Of a DNA stretch of 32,716 nt, positions 17,619-24,857 are shown in pieces (position 1 is the first letter of the stretch; each line of letters starts with the position of its first letter). The notes under the pieces are model-generated. The model had not been told where the DNA came from, did no database searches, and saw only the letters and a program-made list of their open reading frames with translations. The translations under genes and the position numbers were made by a program. This DNA is from a virus (lineage: Duplodnaviria; Caudoviricetes): IMG/VR virus record IMGVR_UViG_3300012953_000106, positions 1-32,716 of that record. One strand, 5' to 3'.

Positions 17619-18034
17619 GAAGATATATAGCTAAGATTTTAATACCATTAGAATTGCAATCTGAAAAAGTAGGCTATGTAGGCGAGAGATTGTTTAAGAT
17701 GTGGTGGAGAAATAACTTTCATGACGAACCAATATTTAAGCAGAAAGCGGATAGAGAATATCAGCAAATAGACTTCTCCGATAGTAAAGGTTACACATAC
17801 CAAGTAAAAACAACAAGCAAGAAAAGTTATACTTTTAACTGTAATGTAGATAAAATAAAAGATCATTTAAATGCAGATTTTTATATTTTTATACAACTAA
17901 AAGAGCATTATGCTTATCTTGAAACTATTTACAAAAAAGAGTATGTGTTAACAAATATTAAAAAGAGTTGGATTAATGATACGTGTTACGTTAAAGCGAG
18001 AGACCTCCAACAACAAGAGATCGATATTAGATAA
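17615..18034 (+). CDS. PD-(D/E)xK-family nuclease-like protein
   Basis: GYVGE (helix Glu), IDF, YQVKT (QxK variant), ADFYIF. Confidence 0.6.
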   Translation: MRRYIAKILIPLELQSEKVGYVGERLFKMWWRNNFHDEPIFKQKADREYQQIDFSDSKGYTYQVKTTSKKSYTFNCNVDKIKDHLNADFYIFIQLKEHYAYLETIYKKEYVLTNIKKSWINDTCYVKARDLQQQEIDIR

Positions 18035-18275
18035 GCAAATAATAGATGATTATTATTTACTAGTTATATATGAGATAGAAAGAGGTGAAGCAATTGAGAA
18101 TATAGAAATCATGCTTAAAGAATATGAAAGCAGAGAGATGTATTTAGAATGCGCTGGAATTTATAAAGCCATTGATCACATTAAATTCTTTGCAATATAT
18201 GAACTAATAATAAGGTTGTGCTTAGATGAGCAAACAGATAATATAAAAATTAATTATGACAAGCGAGAGTATTAA
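17976..18275 (+). CDS. Hypothetical protein (true start probably further downstream)
   Basis: YE.RE.YLECAGI.KA motif; in-operon position. Confidence 0.55.
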   Translation: MIRVTLKRETSNNKRSILDKQIIDDYYLLVIYEIERGEAIENIEIMLKEYESREMYLECAGIYKAIDHIKFFAIYELIIRLCLDEQTDNIKINYDKREY

Positions 18276-18711
18276 AAATAAAATAAATAACAGGTTAAAC
18301 ATAGATATTACGAGAAACACTAGAGATAGAAAACATGTTTACGCTAGAGCAATATATTACAAACTATGTAGAGAGTTGACAAATATGAAACTCCATGAGA
18401 TAGGCAGCTCGGTAAATAGAAACCACGCATCAGTGTTACATGGGATCAAATCTGTATTTCCTACATTAAAAGAATACAAAGATCCTATTTATAAAATATA
18501 TGTGGAACTAACAGAAAAAGATAGATTACCATTACAACAAAGATATGATCTATTAAACCATAAATATAATGAGCTACATAAATACGCTGTAAGCGATAAA
18601 CACAAGCAATTATTTGATATAGTTAAACAAGTTCCAGATAATGAATTATATAACGCTGAAATACGTTTTAAAGCTATTACTGACATACTAGTTAACAAAA
18701 ACAATAAATAA
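18256..18711 (+). CDS. DnaA C-terminal (domain IV)-like DNA-binding protein
   Basis: R.RKHVYARAIYYKLCRELT...LHEIG...NRNHASVLHGIK matches the DnaA domain IV HTH (IG..F..RDHTTV.H); no AAA+ domain. Confidence 0.75.
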   Translation: MTSESIKNKINNRLNIDITRNTRDRKHVYARAIYYKLCRELTNMKLHEIGSSVNRNHASVLHGIKSVFPTLKEYKDPIYKIYVELTEKDRLPLQQRYDLLNHKYNELHKYAVSDKHKQLFDIVKQVPDNELYNAEIRFKAITDILVNKNNK

Positions 18712-18724
18712 TTGTTATTTAAAA
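18693..18724 (+). promoter_or_regulatory. Putative late promoter TAAC-N16-TGTT (copy 2)
   Basis: taac aaaaacaataaataat tgtt atttaaaa, upstream of the terminase operon. Confidence 0.7.
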
Positions 18725-18754
18725 AATATCTTTGATTAATCAAATTTTTTCAAA

Positions 18755-18847
18755 ATGAATATAGCAGCAATTCACCCATGTCCAATTTGTATTACTATCA
18801 CAATAGTAACTTACTTAATATATAGATACTATGAGTCGAGGAGGTAA
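18755..18847 (+). CDS. Putative 30-aa membrane peptide with CxxC (not in ORF track)
   Basis: MNIAAIHPCPICITITIVTYLIYRYYESRR*; A-rich leader; overlaps the terS start. Confidence 0.4.
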   Translation: MNIAAIHPCPICITITIVTYLIYRYYESRR

Positions 18848-19067
18848 AAGAGAAGGATCAGGCCGTAAATCAAAGGCTGATGAAGTACAGTTAATAGAGA
18901 AGCTTGGACCTCTAGAATCTAAAGCGTTTAGAGCATTAGAAGATGGATTAGAAGCGGGAGATTTTAAATATGTGCAATTGTTCTATCATTACTTTGCTGG
19001 TAAACCAAGAGAGACTAAAGATATAAACCTGGCAACAGAGCAACCTTTATTTCAATTAGATGAATGA
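18831..19067 (+). CDS. terS: Terminase small subunit (putative)
   Basis: GGKREGSGRK N-terminal motif, YFAGKP; immediately upstream of terL. Confidence 0.7.
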   Translation: MSRGGKREGSGRKSKADEVQLIEKLGPLESKAFRALEDGLEAGDFKYVQLFYHYFAGKPRETKDINLATEQPLFQLDE

Positions 19068-20229
19068 TTTTATTGTAACAACAGCAATAAAGAAACTTAG
19101 TAAATTAAACAAAAGAAATAGAGTAGTTCAAGGTGGAACCTCAGCTGGAAAAACATTTGGAATTATCCCACTACTTATTGATCATGCTATAAGAAATCCT
19201 AACAAAGAAATATCTATAGTTAGCGAGTCAATTCCTCATCTACGTAGAGGTGCTTTAAAAGACTTCCTAAAGATTATGATTAGCACAGGAAGGTATATAG
19301 ATGGCATGTTTAATAAAAGCCTCTTAAAGTATCAATTTACAAATGGTAGTTATATTGAATTTTTTTCTATAGAGTCAGCCGACAAACTAAGAGGAGCAAG
19401 GAGGAATATCTTATACGTTAATGAGGCAAACAATATTCCCTTTGATGCTTATAATCAATTAGCTATAAGAACTAACGAAACAATATGGATTGACTTTAAC
19501 CCGACATCATCTTTCTGGGCCCATACTGAATTACAAAATGCAGAGGACACTGACTTTATAAAACTTACATATAAAGACAATGAAGCATTACCTGAAACTA
19601 TTATTAAGGATATAGAGAAGGCTAAAGTTAAAGCAACTAACTCTACTTATTGGAAGAATTGGTGGACAGTTTATGGTCTAGGAGAGATAGGGAGTTTAGA
19701 AGGTGCTTGTATACCTGATTGGAAACAAATAGATCTACCTAACGAAGCAAGACTATTATGTTATGGTATGGACTGGGGATATAGCAATGACCCTACAACT
19801 TTAGTAGCAATGTACAAATACAATAACGCATTTATATTTGATGAGGTGTTATATAAGAAAGGGATGCTAAATACAGAGATAAGCAACTTATTAAAGAGTT
19901 ACGATGTAGACAATATAATATATGCGGATAGTGCAGAGCCAAAATCAATTGCTGAATTAAATAGTTATGGACATACGGTTTTACCATGTATGAAAGGAAG
20001 AGATAGTATTGTTTACGGTATTAACTTGATAAATCAAAATGAGATCTATGTAACAACTAGATCAGTTAACATGATCAAAGAACTACAAAATTACATTTGG
20101 TTACAAACAAAAGATGGTGAAACATTAAACAAACCAATTGATGCTTATAACCATTGTATTGATGCAATGAGGTATGCAATTACCGCACAATTAGATAATC
20201 CTCATCGAGGTTCTTATCATATATATTAG
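19060..20229 (+). CDS. terL: Terminase large subunit (PBSX/SPP1-like)
   Basis: QGGTSAGKT Walker A, LYVNEAN Walker B, DFNP, GMDWGYSNDPT, ADSAEPKSI, NHCIDAMRYA. Confidence 0.95.
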   Translation: MNDFIVTTAIKKLSKLNKRNRVVQGGTSAGKTFGIIPLLIDHAIRNPNKEISIVSESIPHLRRGALKDFLKIMISTGRYIDGMFNKSLLKYQFTNGSYIEFFSIESADKLRGARRNILYVNEANNIPFDAYNQLAIRTNETIWIDFNPTSSFWAHTELQNAEDTDFIKLTYKDNEALPETIIKDIEKAKVKATNSTYWKNWWTVYGLGEIGSLEGACIPDWKQIDLPNEARLLCYGMDWGYSNDPTTLVAMYKYNNAFIFDEVLYKKGMLNTEISNLLKSYDVDNIIYADSAEPKSIAELNSYGHTVLPCMKGRDSIVYGINLINQNEIYVTTRSVNMIKELQNYIWLQTKDGETLNKPIDAYNHCIDAMRYAITAQLDNPHRGSYHIY

Positions 20230-20233
20230 AATT

Positions 20234-20261
20234 TTAACAAAACTTTAACATTTCTTTAACA
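20234..20261. repeat. Triple TTAACA direct repeat, 11-bp period
   Basis: TTAACA at 20234, 20245, 20256. Confidence 0.85.
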
Positions 20262-20278
20262 CTTTAAACTAAACTAAA

Positions 20279-20326
20279 TTTGTATATTAGCTATGTACTT
20301 ATGTACAAATGTTCATTAAAATACTG
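20279..20326 (+). promoter_or_regulatory. Promoter-like element plus boxA-like leader
   Basis: TATATTAG (20283-20290) resembles Bacteroidota TAnnTTTG; GTTCATTAAAATACTG (20311-20326) resembles the boxA-type leader of stable-RNA operons. Confidence 0.45.
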
Positions 20327-20890
20327 AAAAACTGGAAAGTCATTAACATCGAATGCGAGACTTTTAAAACACTTAGGATGAGAATCATAATTCAAACGAT
20401 CTAAGCAATCCAGAATATTCGAGGAAAGCATTTCTTACATTGAATAAGACTTTAAAGTAAAAATATATAACAAAGCGTTAGTGTAAGATGAGAAACGATG
20501 TACTTGTAAGTGATAGGTGATTTTAAGGTGTTGGTCTTATCCCCCAACAGAGTGTAAAGACTCTTAGTCAAAATATTCGGAACGACGTAAGATCTACCAA
20601 ACCGCAAGCAAGAGAAGGATGTTGGAGAGTACAAACACTCTTAAAGACTCTGACAAAGAAACCGGCAAGTCGCATAGCTGGGAGGTTAAAGTATTGATGC
20701 GCAATACCAGACCTAAGGGAGCACCTAACTCGATTATGATATTGAAGAAGTATGGTTAGCCGGAGAAATCCTTAGCGGGAAGAAGGACCGAGTGTTTTGT
20801 CAGCACCGAAGCGTCAATGACAGTGGTGAGGGATTCGAATTTCCAAGAGTTGTATAACGTGTACATCCACAAGGGCGGCCAGACAGAATT
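20324..20890 (+). ncRNA. Candidate large structured non-coding RNA (~570 nt), class unassigned
   Basis: No long + strand ORF, raised GC, many local and long-range complementarities, a T-loop-like hairpin; bounded by a promoter-like element and a terminator. Confidence 0.7.
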
Positions 20891-20894
20891 AGTT

Positions 20895-20931
20895 CCCCTT
20901 ATAGATCATGGATTTATAGGGGGTTTTTTTT
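20895..20931 (+). terminator. Rho-independent terminator closing the ncRNA candidate
   Basis: CCCCTTATAGATC-atg-GATTTATAGGGGG followed by T8. Confidence 0.85.
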
Positions 20932-20957
20932 AACAAAACTTTAACAAAACTTTAACA
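20930..20957. repeat. Triple TTAACA direct repeat, 11-bp period
   Basis: TTAACA at 20930, 20941, 20952 (TTAACAAAACT x2 + TTAACA). Confidence 0.85.
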
Positions 20958-21028
20958 TTTAAAATTATATTAGTTAACGATTGTTAATTATATTTATACT
21001 ATAATAATAACAACTAAAAATAAACATC

Positions 21029-21226
21029 ATGGAAAATCTATTATCATTGCAAAGTCTAAGAGATTCGTTAAGATCTAAATTAGGAATAAAAATTAAATTT
21101 AATGAATTTGACCTAGAGTTTGAGAACGATTCAAAAAAGCTTAGACATTTAGACGACTTATTCTTTAGACTTATAAAAAAATCAAATTTATCACTTTCAA
21201 AATTTGGTAGATTAGTTAAACAATAA
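21029..21226 (+). CDS. Hypothetical protein
   Basis: 65 aa, A-rich leader, followed by a terminator. Confidence 0.6.
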   Translation: MENLLSLQSLRDSLRSKLGIKIKFNEFDLEFENDSKKLRHLDDLFFRLIKKSNLSLSKFGRLVKQ

Positions 21227-21228
21227 CA

Positions 21229-21261
21229 GAAAAGGGATTCATTATTTTGAATCCTTTTTTC
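21229..21261 (+). terminator. Rho-independent terminator
   Basis: GAAAAGGGATTC-attatttt-GAATCCTTTTTTC. Confidence 0.75.
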
Positions 21262-21291
21262 ATATACTAAAATAAAAACAACTTAGAAACT

Positions 21292-21618
21292 ATGGAAGAC
21301 ACTTGGACACTTAAACAACAATTGCATGATGCATTAATAGATGTTGATACATTAAAAATGCAAAAGAGCAGATTAGAAAAGGAACTATATCGCGAGAAAG
21401 AATGTTACTACGCAACTGTTAGATCATACGACGAATCAATTCATAAATATCATTCCGATGTTATCAGACATCTAGATCAAGATATTAATAAAATAAAACA
21501 CTTATTAAAAGGTTGGTACGCAATACCAGATGAACGAGGTCTAGAGATACAATTAACTGACATTATTAAAACAACAATGACTAAAACAATATTAGATTAT
21601 GAGAAAGCATTACGATAA
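21292..21618 (+). CDS. Hypothetical coiled-coil protein
   Basis: 108-aa ORF with an A-rich leader. Confidence 0.6.
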   Translation: MEDTWTLKQQLHDALIDVDTLKMQKSRLEKELYREKECYYATVRSYDESIHKYHSDVIRHLDQDINKIKHLLKGWYAIPDERGLEIQLTDIIKTTMTKTILDYEKALR

Positions 21619-21724
21619 ATTAACACGATTAGCTGCATTAAGTTTATTTTCATTGATCTTATTAGCCGGGAGTTTATTACTTTTAAACCTGGAAAATTTG
21701 ATCAATATAATACTTGGATTCTAG
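21599..21724 (+). CDS. Small membrane protein (41 aa, not in ORF track)
   Basis: MRKHYDKLTRLAALSLFSLILLAGSLLLLNLENLINIILGF*; bridges the two flanking ORFs with short overlaps. Confidence 0.55.
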   Translation: MRKHYDKLTRLAALSLFSLILLAGSLLLLNLENLINIILGF

Positions 21725-21929
21725 TAAACAAATTAGTTGGTGTTTAGAAAATCACATTAAGATATATGTCGAGGCAACAAGACAGGGAAAGAATCCACCT
21801 GTGGTTGTTGTTATCGACTTTAAAGGGAAAATAAAAAAAGGCAAAACAGAATATAACCAAAAAGATAATTTAGTTTGGATTAGAATAAAAGAAATTTATA
21901 GAACTTATTATGATCACTATAATAAGTAA
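21714..21929 (+). CDS. Hypothetical protein
   Basis: 71 aa, TTG start; SWCLEN.IKIY...IKEIY..YY pattern. Confidence 0.6.
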   Translation: MDSSKQISWCLENHIKIYVEATRQGKNPPVVVVIDFKGKIKKGKTEYNQKDNLVWIRIKEIYRTYYDHYNK

Positions 21930-21952
21930 TTGTGTTAGTTTGATTTTTAGTT

Positions 21953-21988
21953 GAAGAGACCTCCGTTTAACATGGGGGTCTTTTTTTT
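21953..21988 (+). terminator. Rho-independent terminator overlapping a late promoter
   Basis: AAGAGACCTCC-gtttaacat-GGGGGTCTTTT plus T-run. Confidence 0.8.
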
Positions 21989-21999
21989 GTTTTATAAAA
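21968..21999 (+). promoter_or_regulatory. Putative late promoter TAAC-N16-TGTT (copy 3)
   Basis: taac atgggggtcttttttt tgtt ttataaaa, upstream of the tail operon. Confidence 0.7.
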
Positions 22000-22006
22000 A
22001 AGAAAT

Positions 22007-22630
22007 ATGAAAGAATTAAAAATTAGTGATATAACTCTTGGAGATTATCAAAAAGTTATGATCAAAGAAGAGGTTACCGATAATGACATGTTAAAATGTT
22101 TTTTAAAGATAACACAAAAAGAATTAGATAAGTTGCCACAAAAAGATGTTGATTCTTATTTAACTCAAATAAATGTTTTGCTAAATACTAAATACGAATT
22201 AGTAAGAACATTTAAATTAAAAGGAACACGCTACGGATTCATTCCTAAGTTAGACGATATAACTTATGGTGAGAATCTAGATGTGACGAAATATATAGGT
22301 GATTATGGTTCTATGCATAAAGCTATGGCTGTTTTATTTAGACCTATAAAGCAAAAGATTGGAGATAGGTATTTACTAGAAGAATATTCCGGTAGTTATA
22401 AATTTGCAGAACAAATGAAACAGATGCCTCTTGATGTAGTGCTAAGTGCTGTGGTTTTTTTTTACAATTTAACCAACGAATTACTGAGTTATACCCTGAA
22501 ATATTTGAATCAGGAGGCGATCAAGGATTCGGGCCTCAGGACAATTTTTCAAGAAAATGGAGTGGATATTCTGAACTCTATACACTTGCTCAAGGAGACA
22601 TTACACGATTTGAGACCGTCACTAGATTGA
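22007..22630 (+). CDS. Tail assembly chaperone (0-frame product)
   Basis: First gene of the tail operon; ITLGDYQK, YGFIPKLDDITYGE..D, HKAMAVLFRP; contains a T9 slippery run. Confidence 0.65.
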   Translation: MKELKISDITLGDYQKVMIKEEVTDNDMLKCFLKITQKELDKLPQKDVDSYLTQINVLLNTKYELVRTFKLKGTRYGFIPKLDDITYGENLDVTKYIGDYGSMHKAMAVLFRPIKQKIGDRYLLEEYSGSYKFAEQMKQMPLDVVLSAVVFFYNLTNELLSYTLKYLNQEAIKDSGLRTIFQENGVDILNSIHLLKETLHDLRPSLD

Positions 22631-22716
22631 AATTGCATAAGTGTTATGTGTATCTAGCTTATGAAAAAGAGAAAGCAGAGCTAGAGAACTTATTAATAAA
22701 GAAAAAATTTAAATAA
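22456..22716 (+). CDS. -1 frameshift extension of the tail chaperone (gpGT-like)
   Basis: The -1 frame is open from the T9 run for 84 further codons (LQFNQRITELYPEIF...KWSGYSELYTLAQGDITRF...YLAYEKEK) and ends at TAATG overlapping the next start. Confidence 0.75.
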   Translation, partial: FFLQFNQRITELYPEIFESGGDQGFGPQDNFSRKWSGYSELYTLAQGDITRFETVTRLKLHKCYVYLAYEKEKAELENLLIKKKFK

Positions 22717-23198
22717 TGCAAGGATTTTACCACATTACTGAGAAAATAAGAGAACAATTACAAAAAGATGACTTTGTTAAAACTGTAACATACGGTGATA
22801 TATTTGAAGTAGATCTAAGTAAACAAACAATTTTCCCATTATCACACTTTCAAGTAGTAAATGCAACAATGCAACAAAACGTGTGGGCTTTTAACATATC
22901 ATTATTAGTTATGGATATTGTAGACAAACCAAAGGACTACCGTAAATCTACAGAAAAAGATATATTTAGAGGTAATACTAATGAGCAAGATATATGGAAC
23001 ACTCAGCTAGCTGTGGCTAATAGACTACTAGAGTTATTATATAGAGGGGATTTATACGTTGACAAGTTTCAATTAGATGGGCAACCTATTTGTGAACCTT
23101 TTACTGATAGATTTGAGAATGAGTTAGCAGGTTGGACTGTGTCCTTTACAGTTCTAGTTCCTAATGATATGACTATCTGTGTAATACCTCCAGCGTAA
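22716..23198 (+). CDS. Tail terminator/completion protein (putative)
   Basis: VTYGD...KQTIFPLSH...CEPFTDRFENELAGW; size and context fit. Confidence 0.6.
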   Translation: MQGFYHITEKIREQLQKDDFVKTVTYGDIFEVDLSKQTIFPLSHFQVVNATMQQNVWAFNISLLVMDIVDKPKDYRKSTEKDIFRGNTNEQDIWNTQLAVANRLLELLYRGDLYVDKFQLDGQPICEPFTDRFENELAGWTVSFTVLVPNDMTICVIPPA

Positions 23199-23728
23199 TG
23201 GATAATATAAGAGCAACATTACAAAAATTTGGCAGAGATGTAGTTAATGCTTCTAGGTTTAATTTACAAAACCAAGATAAGAACGTTAGCAAAGCATTAT
23301 CTGACTCATTAGCTTTTAGTGTAAGTAATGAGCAGGAAGGATTGTACATTGTAGATTTTATAATGAACACGTATGGTTTATATATAGACAAAGGAGTTAG
23401 TGGAACAAAGGTAAGAAGACCTTCACCTTATTCGTTTAGAAGTAAAGGCGGCAAACAAGGTTTAAAAGGTATGCCTCCTCCAAGTAAATTTGATCAGTGG
23501 GGAATCAAAAGAGGTATTGCACCAAGAGACGATAAAGGTAGATTTTTGCCAAGAAAATCAGCGAATTTTGCAATAGCTAGAAGCGTTTTTGAAAAAGGAA
23601 TTAAACCTAGTTTATTTTTCACAAGACCATTCACTGCATTTTTTGACAATTTATCAAAAGAACTTAAAGACGATTTTACTACTGAAATAGTAGCAATAAT
23701 AAATAAATTAGACGATGGCAAAAATTAA
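23198..23728 (+). CDS. Neck/tail completion protein (putative)
   Basis: Basic; YG.YIDKGVSG, MPP, FAIARSVFEKGIKPSLFF. Confidence 0.6.
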   Translation: MDNIRATLQKFGRDVVNASRFNLQNQDKNVSKALSDSLAFSVSNEQEGLYIVDFIMNTYGLYIDKGVSGTKVRRPSPYSFRSKGGKQGLKGMPPPSKFDQWGIKRGIAPRDDKGRFLPRKSANFAIARSVFEKGIKPSLFFTRPFTAFFDNLSKELKDDFTTEIVAIINKLDDGKN

Positions 23729-24857
23729 CACAAGAAGTCCGTATTTTGTAGATTACACAATTGCGAATCTAGACTCTGTAGTTTTAGAAATATATATTTA
23801 CACAGGAGCACCTCATGGAACAATCACAGGGGTTCCTCAATATACTTTAAACACATCAGCAATAGATGAAAAAGTAAAGTTTGAAATATCTGAACTAATT
23901 AAGGATTATATACCTGGCAAAAACAACAATAGTTATTTACCGACTTTAGCAGATGAAAATTATTCAACTGTTTATGTAGATACTAGATTAATTCCTACGG
24001 TTTCAGGAGTGGCACAGTCACCCATTGACACGTTGGCTTTAAGGGCCTTTTTAGGTTACGGTTATTTTAACCAAGGAGCTAATCCACAAAATGATGAGGC
24101 ATTGTTACAAACTAATACCAAAATACTAAAACCTAATAGTAGGAATATAAGGATAGGTGTAGATGTAGAATTAACGGATAGGGTGCAAATTTACAATGGT
24201 TATACATTGTTAAATGATGTTGCAACTTCATCCACAGATGCTCAAAACCAAATCGAATATGTAAGTGTTGATCCTATTTTAGATATAGATTCCTATGTTG
24301 AACAATTAGAGTTTAACGGTTACGATGTTGAAACAAGTGAATGTCTAGAAAACTTCTTATGCAACTTAACGTTTTTACCTGCAACATCCGCTGTAGTTAT
24401 AAAAACGAGCGGCGAAAGTACACAGATAAATATAGAAGACACTAACAATCCACCTTGGGATCCAATTAGAGTTACATTTAGAAACAAGTTTGGTGCTTTA
24501 CAAGATTTATATTTCTTTGGTAATAATAGCAAACGTTTACAAACTAAAAAAGAACAGTACAAGTCAAATATTACAACAGATTCAGGTTATCAGACTTGGG
24601 ATCCTCAGCAAAAACTATTAACTAAAAATGGAACAGAGTCAATAACTTTAAATTCTGGTTATTATCCAGAATCTTACAATGAAGTATTTAAGCAATTGCT
24701 ATTGAGTGAACAAGTATGGATATTTTATGAAGATTATTTATTAGGTGCTGTAGTTAAAAGCTCAAGCTTGAAATATAAAAATAGATTAAGCGACATGCTT
24801 ATTAATTATACTATAGACTTTGATTTTGCTTTTGATACAATAAACAACATTAGATAA
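23715..24857 (+). CDS. Tail/baseplate structural protein
   Basis: INTRSPYF start, F.NKFGALQDLYF, ITLNSGY, LLLSEQVW, LINYTIDF. Confidence 0.65.
   Translation: MAKINTRSPYFVDYTIANLDSVVLEIYIYTGAPHGTITGVPQYTLNTSAIDEKVKFEISELIKDYIPGKNNNSYLPTLADENYSTVYVDTRLIPTVSGVAQSPIDTLALRAFLGYGYFNQGANPQNDEALLQTNTKILKPNSRNIRIGVDVELTDRVQIYNGYTLLNDVATSSTDAQNQIEYVSVDPILDIDSYVEQLEFNGYDVETSECLENFLCNLTFLPATSAVVIKTSGESTQINIEDTNNPPWDPIRVTFRNKFGALQDLYFFGNNSKRLQTKKEQYKSNITTDSGYQTWDPQQKLLTKNGTESITLNSGYYPESYNEVFKQLLLSEQVWIFYEDYLLGAVVKSSSLKYKNRLSDMLINYTIDFDFAFDTINNIR

Noticed and set aside
20452-20634. 60-aa minus-strand ORF in the non-coding region
   Set aside because: Non-ATG start, no recognisable motif, and opposite to the orientation of all genes and of the flanking promoter and terminator.
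20800-20870. tRNA or tmRNA suggested by the TTCGAAT loop
   Set aside because: No acceptor stem, D arm or anticodon arm at the right spacing and no CCA end after the T arm; kept only as a T-loop-like motif.
20331-20895. RNase P RNA (GGAAAGTC at 20334, GAGGAAAG at 20421, ACAGAA at 20883)
   Set aside because: The sequences following these words cannot form the universal P4 helix.
20230-20930. Group I/II intron or CRISPR array
   Set aside because: terL ends intact before it; I found no group I P7 or group II domain V motif and no regularly spaced 25-40 nt repeats.
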